Virus record (IMG/VR): IMGVR_UViG_3300004369_000004
Coordinates: 1-64,000 of that record
Length of the DNA stretch: 64,000 nucleotides
Direction: 5' to 3' (one strand)
DNA from: a virus
Every line of letters starts with the position of its first letter. The first letter of the stretch is position 1. The notes under the pieces were generated by a model. The model was not told where the DNA came from. It saw only the letters and a program-made list of their open reading frames with translations, and made no database searches. The position numbers were made by a program, and so were the translations under genes. Shown here one piece after another: positions 18,157 through 28,700 of this stretch.

Positions 18157-19008
18157 TTAAATAGTTTTATAAGTTACTGCACCAATCGTCATTTTATCTT
18201 CCCCACCAGCTTTACTTCTTTTTGGGATTAATTCTAGCCATCTTCCGCCCAAAGGCTTAGGAGGTGCACCTCTTTCTACGTGCCATCCGCCTTTGCCCTC
18301 GTTATATTCTTCTTTGTATGTAGGAGTTCTAACCATAAGTATATCTCTAAGATCTACAACGTTAGCACTATTCATTCTTTCTACAGTATAAGTAAGTTCC
18401 TGACTTTCGTGAACGTGTCCCATCCAAATCATATCAGCATTTTCTACCATAGTAGACATTCGATTAAACTGAATAGAACCTTTAGTTACAGGACCCCCTC
18501 CACCTGAACCGTGGAAGTATTTAATTCTATATAAAATACTGCTGTTAGAGCCTCCTCTGACAAACTTATAGAGGATCCATCCGCCATAGCCACCAATTTG
18601 AATTTCAGTGCCCATTTTAGCATTAAGTCCTTCTACAAATCGCTTAATAACATCAGTCTCTTGTCGTTTCAAAATATTAGTTTCATGATTACCATAACCT
18701 ACAACCTTAATAAGGTGCGCATATGGTGCAAACCAATCTATAGCAGTATCAACTACTGCGTCTAAATAGTTTGCCTTGTTATGCTCAGGCCTAATATCGT
18801 TTTTGTTTTTACGAGGATCATAAGCTCCCTGCATCAAGCAGAAAGTATCTCCATTTAAAAGGATGTCAGCATTAATTCTGAGTGCTTCATCCAGGTGACT
18901 TTTTAATAAGTCCCTTTTACACTTGGGATTGTCCCAGTGTATATCTGAGATCAAAAGAATCTTAGTTTTTTCGAACTCTTTTTTTAACAGGTGGACGTTT
19001 GTTTCCAT
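18157..19008 (-). CDS. calcineurin-like metallophosphoesterase
   Basis: SDIH, NGD, GNHE, HG and GHVH motifs. Confidence 0.9.
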   Translation of the reverse strand: METNVHLLKKEFEKTKILLISDIHWDNPKCKRDLLKSHLDEALRINADILLNGDTFCLMQGAYDPRKNKNDIRPEHNKANYLDAVVDTAIDWFAPYAHLIKVVGYGNHETNILKRQETDVIKRFVEGLNAKMGTEIQIGGYGGWILYKFVRGGSNSSILYRIKYFHGSGGGGPVTKGSIQFNRMSTMVENADMIWMGHVHESQELTYTVERMNSANVVDLRDILMVRTPTYKEEYNEGKGGWHVERGAPPKPLGGRWLELIPKRSKAGGEDKMTIGAVTYKTI

Positions 19009-19414
19009 GGTTGGGTTCTTTATGCTTGTCTATTTTTTCTAGAATAAGGACAAGCAACTCATTCTGTATAAGCCCAGCTCTTTCTGCATTTTTAAGAGCT
19101 GAAATAAGTTGAAAAAGAATAAAAGGCGTTACTACTGTTTCACTTAACCAGAAAGTTCCATCAAATCCTTTTTCAATTATAAGGACTCCTGTAAGCATAA
19201 ACAACCAAACAACTAAAGTCTGAAGTACTTTTAATGCTTTATAGGTTTTAAATCCTTCTGTTTTAGTTCCTGCCCAAATTCCAAAGAATCCATCGATAAA
19301 AACTATAGAACACACTGCCAGATATTGGTCAACGTTATCCATAGTAATTTTTAAGAAGTAAGATCCTAGAAAAGCAAAAAAACCAGCTGCTATATAAAGT
19401 ACTGTAGATTTCAT
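18962..19414 (-). CDS. holin (phage holin 4-like)
   Basis: Three to four hydrophobic segments, IDGFFGIW and QLISALKNAERAG motifs, basic C-terminus. Confidence 0.75.
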   Translation of the reverse strand: MKSTVLYIAAGFFAFLGSYFLKITMDNVDQYLAVCSIVFIDGFFGIWAGTKTEGFKTYKALKVLQTLVVWLFMLTGVLIIEKGFDGTFWLSETVVTPFILFQLISALKNAERAGLIQNELLVLILEKIDKHKEPNHGNKRPPVKKRVRKN

Positions 19415-19447
19415 TTTAGATACGAATATTGATTCCTATTGTAATCA

Positions 19448-19759
19448 TTATTTGTAAGCAATTACACTCCCAGAAGAAATAGTAAAGTCTGTAATAAATC
19501 CTCCTCCAGAAAGAAGAGCGCCTTGTTTAAAAGTGATTCCAGTCATTCCTCTGTCTGCAAGAACATCTACACCGTCTACTTTAAAGACTGTAAAGACTGT
19601 ATCTTCTTGAGGAACCAGTGCAGTATATTTAACACCTGTAGCAGCAGCTGCACCGTGATACTTGAATCCGCCTGAACCTACTGAAAGTCCAGTGCTTGCA
19701 GCAATCTGTCTGAGTTTTTTAGATTGCTCGTCCAATTTTTGTGAAAGATCGTAAGCCAT
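19448..19759 (-). CDS. hypothetical, probably structural, protein (103 aa)
   Basis: Gly/Ala/Thr-rich beta-type sequence ending SGSVIAY; has its own promoter. Confidence 0.7.
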   Translation of the reverse strand: MAYDLSQKLDEQSKKLRQIAASTGLSVGSGGFKYHGAAAATGVKYTALVPQEDTVFTVFKVDGVDVLADRGMTGITFKQGALLSGGGFITDFTISSGSVIAYK

Positions 19760-19808
19760 TTTAATAATTAATCGATTTTACTCCAGGCATTTTTTTGCCT
19801 CATTTATA

Positions 19809-19838
19809 CAAATATAGTTTTATTTATAAGTTTTTCAA
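19809..19838 (-). promoter_or_regulatory. Bacteroidota promoter TTG-N19-TATATTTG
   Basis: On the + strand, CAAATATA at 19809-19816 and CAA at 19836-19838. Confidence 0.8.
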
Positions 19839-19851
19839 TAGTTTAAGAAAT

Positions 19852-22800
19852 TTACTTCCTATCCATAGTTTCAAAATCACCCTCCAAAGCTTCTATGTTA
19901 GCATCTGCTCCGTCAATTATTTTTTGCAGATCAGAGATTCTTTCATACAAAGCATCTTTAGTATCTTTATCATCTACGTAGTTAAGTTCTTGCTGAATAG
20001 ATTTAATTTCTTTCTTAGCAGAAGCCGCTCCTTTTCTGGCAGCTCTCTTATCAGTTTCATAAGAACTAGTATACCACTTAGGGTTAGAGTATTCGTAACG
20101 TCTGTATAGATATTCTTGTCCCCCGTATATAGAGTTAACCGTTTTATCAAGAGCCCAAAGCTTAGCAAGTCTTGCAACTATCTCAGGTTTACCGTCCAAG
20201 AAAGGATCTCTTTGATATCTCTTAGGATTAAGAACTCTTCCTGTTTTACTTCTAGGAACATAGTCATCAAATGCATTAATGTCTCCTAGAGTAAAATCCC
20301 AAATAGACTGAAGCACATTTTTAACAGATTGGAATGGAAGAACCACATTCTTATGGGTGTAGTACTCTACAGCAGATTTACCATCTACGTTGTTTTCTAA
20401 TCTTGAATAAGCAATTGCGGCTGTTCCAAACAAAGGATGCAAAGAGCTCAACTCATCTTCTAGATAAAGAACGTTGTACAACATATAGTAAACTCCTAAG
20501 TTGTCCATATCATCATCATCGTCTGAGTAAACTGCAGAAGCAAGCATCTTAGCTACAGCCATTGCAGCAATAATTGCTAAAGTATCATAACCTGCGGATA
20601 TAATATTCTCTTTTTCATTTCTAGACAACAAGTCTCTGGTTGCTACAAAGTTCATTTTGTTATTAAACAACATTCTAGAAGCATTGAAAACAGTTCTATA
20701 CATACCTTCAAACTGCATACCCGCAGAATAAGACATACGTCTTGAACCAAATCTAGAAATATACTGGTAACCTAACCAGCCTCTCATATACATCAACAAT
20801 CGGCCAAAAGTATATCTACTGTATTCTCCTTTATCCATTGAGCCATATGCACCATGAATCATAGAGTTTACTAAGTTAAGTTGGTTACGGTAATGTTGTT
20901 CTGCTTTTGCAAAACCATCTTGATCTTTGATATCCTCTCTTGGAACCAAAGTATTACCAACTACCTGGTATGCATCCATAATAGGAACAAACTTACCATC
21001 ATTAAGCTCAATCAAGAATTGATCAGAAAGAGCACCTGCAACCGCAGAACGCATTTCGAATTCACCAAACTCTCTCATAAACGCAAGATGCTTAAGAGGA
21101 TTATACTTAGCAGACTTATCGAGAGAAGTTAAATAAAGTTTCTTTCCAGACTCACTCAGCGTATCAGTAGTCATAACACTGAAGTATTTCATCTTAACCA
21201 TGTATGGAGTATTCTGACCTTCTTCAACCTGAGCGTTAAATAGATTCATATACTCTTTGGCATTTTTACCCATGTGTTTAGAAACAGCTTTCTTGCTAAT
21301 TCCAAATCTGTTAAGTTGGATATAAATGTTTGCACTACCTGCCTGGAAGTTTTTAATAGCAGAAGGTAAGTTCAGAGAAAGTACCATGTTTGCTCCAAGA
21401 GAAAGAGATCTAGAAATTGCTTCTTCAGCAAATCTTAAAGCTTTAATGTTACTCATGGCTACTTTGTTCTGACCATTCATACGTCTTTCAAGCATATCAT
21501 TTACGACTTTAGCAGTAGTACCACGAACATGCTTTTCAACCAGATCTCTTACTCCCAAGATATAAGGAAGCTCTTCATACATACCTCTAAAGCGAATAGA
21601 CTCTGCGCCAAACTGAGTAATAGACTCAATAAAGTTTACAGTCATCTTATCTGCTTCCACAGGACGTACATACTTCATGTAAAGACGGTTCTTAGATCTG
21701 TTAAGCTGAGAATCTTTCTTTTGACTACTCTCAAACATAGCAGATTCTCCAAGCTCCTCATCATCACGTCCCATAATAGAGTCAGTTATGTTACCCCAAA
21801 CAGAACTTATTTGGGATCTAATTGTACCGAAGCTTTGATTAGCTCCTTCCAATCCGTCTTTACGAACTGAAGGAAGCTCTAGCCCTTTCATTAGATTTTT
21901 GGGAAGACCTTTCTGATGTCTTTGATAGATGTCAGTTACTTTTCTTAGAATGTCTCTCTGCTCAGCATCCAGTTTAGCATACTCCTTGCTACGATAAATA
22001 CTATCAGACTTAAGAGCTACTCTCTTTGAGTTTCTATTCTCTTTTACTTCGGGGTTAATGAAAGCAGGATTAACTTGAATATTGTACCAACGGAAAGAAG
22101 GCTCTGTCTCTAGAATATAATTAGGATTAGTAGGAAGAGTTACCTGCCATTGAAGGGTAGGTTTCCATACTTTCTTTTCTGTTCTAAAATCATAAGTCAA
22201 TCTGTGGTTATCTTTAAACCAGTCAGTCTTTTTTAACGCAGCTTCTAGACGAGCTCTAATTTGTTCAGTACTATAGTCAGAAACATTACCTTCTAAAGCT
22301 GCAATTACTTTTGGTCTAAGCTTTGCAAGGTTAATTGCTTTTTGCTTTTCATAGTCTTCTGTCTCTACAGTCTCTTGCATACTAGACAATTGACTATAAA
22401 GCGCTCTAAGGGCTTGTTTATCTTGTTTAGAAATTTCTCTGTTCTCTGAAATCTCTTCACGGATATCATCCAACTCATCTTGAAGCTGTTTGATTCTTAC
22501 AGGAATACTTATCTTAACAGTCTTACCCTGGTCATTAACATACTCTACTTTGTCTTGGATAATCAAAGAACCTTCGTACTCGCTGTTCTTATTCTTATAA
22601 GGCTTAAGCAAAGAGAACAACTCTTCGTAAACTTGTTGCACAGTTCTACCAGTTGTAGCAGCTGGGTATTTATTTTGAATCTCGGAAATAGCGTCAAGAA
22701 TATCTCTACGTTCTTCATAAAACTCAGGAGCAACCTTTCTAACTACATTAGCTTTCTTAAACTTCTCTAAGTCAGATATAGCCTTTTGATATTTCTTTTG

Positions 22801-25677
22801 AGCAATCTGTAGATTCTCTGCGTTATTACTTGTTTGAGCTTGAGTTAAAAGATCAGTTGCCTCTGCTACTGCTGCTTTCCTAGACTCAAACAATCCCTCA
22901 AATAATGCACGGTTACTTTCAGAGATAGTATACTGATACATGTTTGCAGCAGCTCTCTCAGACTTCCAAAGTCTGATGTTCTCTGCAATACGTCTGTTAT
23001 AGTCGTCCTTCAGTACACCATACTCATCGTAGTCAGACTCAAGCTGATCTAGTTGAGATTTAAGATCATCTAGTTTATCAAGATCTTCTTCAGATTGTTC
23101 TCCCTGTACAGGAGTCAATTGAATCTGACGCATCTTATCTATAATAGCGCTTCTAGCATCTTTTGCTTCAGGCAACAAAAGACCCTGGATACGATGATAC
23201 TCATCAGTATACATATCACGAAGATGTAAATCTTCAAAGGCCATTAAGTTTTCTATTCTCCTCTCAAGATCAGCATCCTCTTGCTCGGTTCTATTCTTCT
23301 TAGACTCAAGTTTGTTAATCTCGTATTTCTTTCTAGTCCAATCATTACGATAGCTAATCTCATCAAACTCATTTAACAAAGCCAGAGTCTCTCTTTCGAC
23401 TAATTGACCTCTTTGAATTTCTACAACTGTAACCTTTTGAATAAATGGACCAAAGACCTTTTGGAAGTCTAGACCTGTATAAGCAGTTATACCTTTCTTT
23501 TTATTATATGCTTGTAGCTGATCGGCAATCTTCTTCATCTCACCCTCAAGAGCTAATGCTTTTTGGGTTGAGCGTGACCAAATATTATTTATCAAAGTTC
23601 CTAAAGAACCACTAACAAGATTACCAGAAATAGCAGCTGATTCAAAAATAGAACTAAAGTAATTGGAAAGTTTTTGACGAGCGCCCTCATCTTCAATCTT
23701 TAAAGATCCTAACAAAGCTTTTTCTAGATTTTCAGGAGTAGCCAGGAAATTTAATCTATCTCTCTCCATTTTAAGCTTAAGCTGAGCATTCTGTTTAACA
23801 ACATTAGAATCTGCACTGGCTACAAGTTTTTCAAGTCTAGCAACTTCTTTCTCTATTTCTTTACGAAGAACTTCGGTTTGAGGAGCTAGTTCAGCTGCTA
23901 GTCTTTTTGCAATAGGTTTTGCAGCATTAGTATCATGATTACTTATTAAGCTTTTAGCAATAGCTTCGATGTTATTTAAAGACTTACCAATCAACGTATC
24001 AAAAGGAACGTTACCTTCTGGAAACATGAAAGACTTAAAGTCTTTTACATAGTCTACAAAGAACTCACCCATCTTAGCAGAGTGATACATCTTAGAATAA
24101 AAATCTCTTTCGGAGATAGCTTTGTTCTTCTTGATCTCTTCCATGTTTCTTGCAGCAGAACGCAAGAATGCAATAGTCTCAGACAAGTGACTTACTAATC
24201 CACTAAAAGAGGTTTTAAGATCTGCTGTCGAGATATCGTCAATTACAATACTATTTAGATGCTCCTGAGCAGCTGTAATATTATAAACGTTAACCCCTGT
24301 GCGATCTGCCTCTCTATAAACTTGAGACCAATTAACTGCATCACTATTTAAGAATTCGTCTAAGCGATCAAAAAAGATTTTAGAATCTGTGTAAGGCATC
24401 TCTTCCAAAAACTTTTCATACTCAGCAGTGCTGGGTGCATAAGAAAGTTTTCGTTGAGTACTGTATGTCAAAGAAGTATTGATGGACTCATTACTAATTA
24501 CATCTATCACCATAGCACCTACAAGAGAGTCTAAGTACTCTTGAGAAACAGATCTACCAGAACGTCCCAAAACCTTGTTAAACATCTTTTTAAAGAAGTT
24601 TAGCATTGACTGTATAAAAGAGCCGTGAACTTCAGGTGCTTCTTGCTCAATAGCTGCTCTGAATGTTGGATTAGAAAGGAACTCTGATAAAAATTCATGG
24701 TAATCAGTCAATCCATAAAAGTCTTCAATACCAATCTTGCCTTTGTGTTTTTCTCTATAGTATTCGTAGATTCTTTTAATCTCACTAGCAAAAACTTTAT
24801 CTGCGGCTGTAATAGGATTTTCTAAAACAGAGAAGAAAGCAGCATGCACCATCTCATGTATAAGAACGTTCTTAAACTTATTAGCAGAAAGAGTTGAGAT
24901 AGCAGCAGCATTAAACACAATGCTGTTAGTTACAGGATCAAACTGTCCTATTCCGTATACATTGTTTTCAGAAAACAATACGTCTTTTGTGATCTCAAAG
25001 TTAATGTCTGGAATAAACTGAGAAATAGAAAGCAGTGTATTTAAGATGTCTCTTTGTTGCGAAGTAGTACTAGGATCTTTAAGTATGTTATTAATTGTGT
25101 TGTAAAGATTAGGGTTAACCAAATCTATAAACTTAGTAAGATCTCTTAAAGCAGTAGGCAATCCATTCTCAACCTGTACATCATATAGCTCATTAAAGAT
25201 AGAGTTACCTAAAGAAGCCAAATGATCTTGGCTATAAGGAAGAGGATAAATTCTGTAAGTTCTTTCGTTAGGATTAACTTCAGGATCTACAGTTTCTATT
25301 TCTAAAGAGATGTCTTCTGGTTTATTCTTAATAATACTTCTTACTTGAGCCAGATTTAAAGTTGTGCTAATAGCAAGATTCTGCTCATCGTAAAAGCTTT
25401 GTACTTTATCTATATATCCTACAATAGAAGGATTAGCTTCTACAAAGGGAAGTTTCTCAAGTACCTCAGTTACATTAGGTTCAACGTAAGGACTTTCGCT
25501 CTTCTTATTGTTCCAGCTTTTTACTCCAGAAGATTTACTATAGATAAATCCTGCACTTAAAACATCTGACAAATCAGCTTCTGAGATACCGTTCTGATTG
25601 AGCATATATCCCACTAAAGAAGCATGTCTTCTTCCAGTTACAGGGTTATTAAAATTAATTATACAATTACGAGGCAT
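19852..25677 (-). CDS. giant virion (ejected) protein associated with the vRNAP, with an N-terminal zincin-like domain (1941 aa)
   Basis: HEMVH at 24844-24858 plus a downstream EFLSE; helical composition; third of three giant genes as in crAss-like RNAP loci. Confidence 0.75.
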   Translation of the reverse strand: MPRNCIINFNNPVTGRRHASLVGYMLNQNGISEADLSDVLSAGFIYSKSSGVKSWNNKKSESPYVEPNVTEVLEKLPFVEANPSIVGYIDKVQSFYDEQNLAISTTLNLAQVRSIIKNKPEDISLEIETVDPEVNPNERTYRIYPLPYSQDHLASLGNSIFNELYDVQVENGLPTALRDLTKFIDLVNPNLYNTINNILKDPSTTSQQRDILNTLLSISQFIPDINFEITKDVLFSENNVYGIGQFDPVTNSIVFNAAAISTLSANKFKNVLIHEMVHAAFFSVLENPITAADKVFASEIKRIYEYYREKHKGKIGIEDFYGLTDYHEFLSEFLSNPTFRAAIEQEAPEVHGSFIQSMLNFFKKMFNKVLGRSGRSVSQEYLDSLVGAMVIDVISNESINTSLTYSTQRKLSYAPSTAEYEKFLEEMPYTDSKIFFDRLDEFLNSDAVNWSQVYREADRTGVNVYNITAAQEHLNSIVIDDISTADLKTSFSGLVSHLSETIAFLRSAARNMEEIKKNKAISERDFYSKMYHSAKMGEFFVDYVKDFKSFMFPEGNVPFDTLIGKSLNNIEAIAKSLISNHDTNAAKPIAKRLAAELAPQTEVLRKEIEKEVARLEKLVASADSNVVKQNAQLKLKMERDRLNFLATPENLEKALLGSLKIEDEGARQKLSNYFSSIFESAAISGNLVSGSLGTLINNIWSRSTQKALALEGEMKKIADQLQAYNKKKGITAYTGLDFQKVFGPFIQKVTVVEIQRGQLVERETLALLNEFDEISYRNDWTRKKYEINKLESKKNRTEQEDADLERRIENLMAFEDLHLRDMYTDEYHRIQGLLLPEAKDARSAIIDKMRQIQLTPVQGEQSEEDLDKLDDLKSQLDQLESDYDEYGVLKDDYNRRIAENIRLWKSERAAANMYQYTISESNRALFEGLFESRKAAVAEATDLLTQAQTSNNAENLQIAQKKYQKAISDLEKFKKANVVRKVAPEFYEERRDILDAISEIQNKYPAATTGRTVQQVYEELFSLLKPYKNKNSEYEGSLIIQDKVEYVNDQGKTVKISIPVRIKQLQDELDDIREEISENREISKQDKQALRALYSQLSSMQETVETEDYEKQKAINLAKLRPKVIAALEGNVSDYSTEQIRARLEAALKKTDWFKDNHRLTYDFRTEKKVWKPTLQWQVTLPTNPNYILETEPSFRWYNIQVNPAFINPEVKENRNSKRVALKSDSIYRSKEYAKLDAEQRDILRKVTDIYQRHQKGLPKNLMKGLELPSVRKDGLEGANQSFGTIRSQISSVWGNITDSIMGRDDEELGESAMFESSQKKDSQLNRSKNRLYMKYVRPVEADKMTVNFIESITQFGAESIRFRGMYEELPYILGVRDLVEKHVRGTTAKVVNDMLERRMNGQNKVAMSNIKALRFAEEAISRSLSLGANMVLSLNLPSAIKNFQAGSANIYIQLNRFGISKKAVSKHMGKNAKEYMNLFNAQVEEGQNTPYMVKMKYFSVMTTDTLSESGKKLYLTSLDKSAKYNPLKHLAFMREFGEFEMRSAVAGALSDQFLIELNDGKFVPIMDAYQVVGNTLVPREDIKDQDGFAKAEQHYRNQLNLVNSMIHGAYGSMDKGEYSRYTFGRLLMYMRGWLGYQYISRFGSRRMSYSAGMQFEGMYRTVFNASRMLFNNKMNFVATRDLLSRNEKENIISAGYDTLAIIAAMAVAKMLASAVYSDDDDDMDNLGVYYMLYNVLYLEDELSSLHPLFGTAAIAYSRLENNVDGKSAVEYYTHKNVVLPFQSVKNVLQSIWDFTLGDINAFDDYVPRSKTGRVLNPKRYQRDPFLDGKPEIVARLAKLWALDKTVNSIYGGQEYLYRRYEYSNPKWYTSSYETDKRAARKGAASAKKEIKSIQQELNYVDDKDTKDALYERISDLQKIIDGADANIEALEGDFETMDRK

Positions 25678-25698
25678 TTTTATTCTATTGCTTATTTA

Positions 25699-25727
25699 CA
25701 AATATAACTATTAACACTTAGTTTCAA
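25699..25727 (-). promoter_or_regulatory. Bacteroidota promoter TTG-N18-TATATTTG
   Basis: CAAATATA at 25699-25706 and CAA at 25725-25727. Confidence 0.65.
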
Positions 25728-28700
25728 AGTCATAACCAGGGTTGTTATCTCTTAGCTCTTGTCTAAATGCTTCAGCTGCTTTAGCGGCTTGTTGTGCAGT
25801 TAACTGTGGGAAATATTGTTTTAAGTTCTCAGCAGTTATCTGATCATACGATAAACTCATGGTCTCTCCATTAGGTAGTTCAATACCATAAGTCAAGTCT
25901 TCTTCAGACAACTCAGCAGGTTCTTGTTCCTTTACGGTAGAAGATTTGTCTTTGATTTTAAGACCTGACTCCTGAGCAAGAGACTCTAAAGAATCTTCTT
26001 CAGTGAAATCCATAGGAACATAATCTGCTGACGGATCTTCCATAGTTTCTGAAGTTTCTGAGTCAATCATTTTTTCAGAAGTAGGTTCTCTGTTTACCCA
26101 CGCTTCTTCCATTTCAGGAAGAACTCTTTCGTATGCGGCTTTTAGTGAGTCGATGTACCAACCACGACTTAAAGGTGTACTATTCCACTCAGCAGATAGA
26201 CCCTCTACATAAGAATTTTCTAAAAACTCTAGTCCCCCTTTATCATAAAGAGCACCAAACATACGAGAATTCTGTAAGAACCTAGCTTCTAAGATATCTG
26301 TCATGTTATTGGTAAGAAGCTCCTGTCTCTTGCCAGAGATTTTACCTTCACGCTCAAGTACGTCTTTTGTTTTTGTGTAAGCTGCCCAAGCATCTTCATA
26401 CTTCTTTCCATTAAACTCTACTTTCCAATCAGTCTTAAGGTTACCTTTTGACTTTGCAAGAGTTGTATTAGGAGAGAGCATAGCACTTAGCTGAGTCTTA
26501 TAAGGACTAATGCGAATACCTTTCACACCTGATCTATAGTCAGGGAAGTATCTACTATTATTTAAAGCACTAGTTTTAGTACCGTTAACCTTGTTATGAA
26601 GTTTAAGAATCTGCTGCATGTAAGCAAGAAGCTTCATTCTATCTTCAGAAACTTCGCCAGGTACAACTTTAACCTTCTCAGCTATAGTATCCATTTCGTC
26701 CATAGCAGGAACAATGGCGTCTAAAGCATCTAAGGGTAAGTAAGGTTGTAGACTTCTATACTTAATAGTAAAGCCTTGCCCCATAATCGTAGCGCTTGCA
26801 ACATCGTGGAAGAACTGTCTTACCTGTTCATCTAGATTTACATCACCACTTCCAGGTGTGCTCAAGCCATAATTAAGACCATCTTGGAAAGACTTCTGCA
26901 TAGAGTCAACCATAATAGGATCTCTTTCATTAGTCTCCATAGCAACATAGAACTTATTAGTGTTTTCTACGTTCTTAGTCTTAAAGTTTTTAAGGAACAG
27001 GTTGTTCTGTGCAAAATCTTTGAGCTCACTATTCTCTTGAGTTTTCTTTCTGAACAACTCAGTGAATTTACTTCTCAAGTTACCTACACCATTTTGAGTA
27101 AGGTATCCTGAATTAGGTCCATACTCTAAGTAGTAATCAACATCATCTTCCTCTGAGAAAGAATACTGTTGAATAATACCATGCATTATTGCATTGTTTA
27201 AGTTATTAACTTCTGTAGATCTTTCATCAGGAGCCCAATACTTTCCATACTCTTTAGTAAAGTCATTTAAGAAATCCTGATACCATGCCATTCCCATAAT
27301 AGAGAATGCATTCTCTCCAATTGCAATTGCTTCTTTTGTAAGGTTAAATGGAGATACTACACTATCCTTAAGAATTTTATTAATTCCATCTTGATTAAAG
27401 TTATCAGACTCTTCTTTAATAGTATTAACTACTCTGTGAAAGTCATTAAGAGTAATATATCTAGCAGTGTTAAAGTCAATAGCTGAGTTGAGGTTAAGAA
27501 GATCTTTGTTCTGCTCAGACACGAGGTGATACTGAGTCATGAATGCAATCTGAGCAGCAAGTTCAGAAGTAGATTCTCCTTGTTTTGCAGCCTCTAACAA
27601 GTTATCGTAAGCTTCACGGGTATTGTCTACAGAAGGAGCGTATGACTCTTCCGACATATTTCTAATATGCTTAGTGAAGTAGTCGTCCTTAAGTATGTTA
27701 TTAATGGTTTTATTTAGATCAGGAATATTATTAGTAAAACCTATAAACTTCTTTTTACCCAAAGCAGTTAGTCCCTCTCTCAAGTAATTCATTACACCCG
27801 AAGACTTTTCACCTAGCAACCTAGATGTAGAGTTTAGTCTAGAATTCTTTAAGTAGTGTTGAACAATAGGCTGATTAACCAACAAGATAGCATCTTCGAT
27901 AGGCGTACCATTTAACACCATTTGAAGGATAATAGGAGCTCTCTTGTTATCTGCATTAAAGTAGTTTACCCAATCTTCTTTTTCTACGTCTACAAAACCG
28001 TTGATAAACTCATCAATAAGATCAGAAATCAAATGTTCGTTATTAGCATCGTAGTATCCGCCCAGGTTAATTGAATTGTTTACTTTGTTAGCACGCATCA
28101 AATAATTCTTCATAAAGAACTCATTTGTGTAGCGAAGGCCAGTTTGCTGATACAACTTATGCAAAGCGTTCATCTTTGCAGCTGTACCTAGACCTTTCTT
28201 AGCCATAGCATTCTCTTTAAAAATCTGAAGAGATACGCTAGGAGTAAACATTCTAGAAGAAGAGATTCTACCTTTGCCCTTTTTATAAACCTCATTGTAG
28301 TGATTAGCTATCTTCTTAAGAATAGGAGAATCGTTAGGCTTAAGCATCTGCTTCATAATAGCAGGCTCAGACAATACAGAAGAAAGACTTTGGATTAACT
28401 CATTAGAGAAACCTGATTTGATTTTACCTGGAGAATACTGAGCAACTTCTGCATACTTAGAACGCATGGCTTTTATAGACTCATATAGTGCTCTAACTTG
28501 AGCATCATCTTTGCTGGCCTCAGTAAGTTTCTCTAGGAATGTAAGTTGGTCAAATGCAGAATCAAAAATCTCACTTTTCTCTTGGTCCGATAACTTAGAC
28601 TTATCAAAGTTAAGAATCATTCCATTATTAGCAATGTGTTTCTCAAGTACTTGAACAGCAGTCTGTTGCGAGTCGTACTTAGATTTGAATTCTTCTAGTT

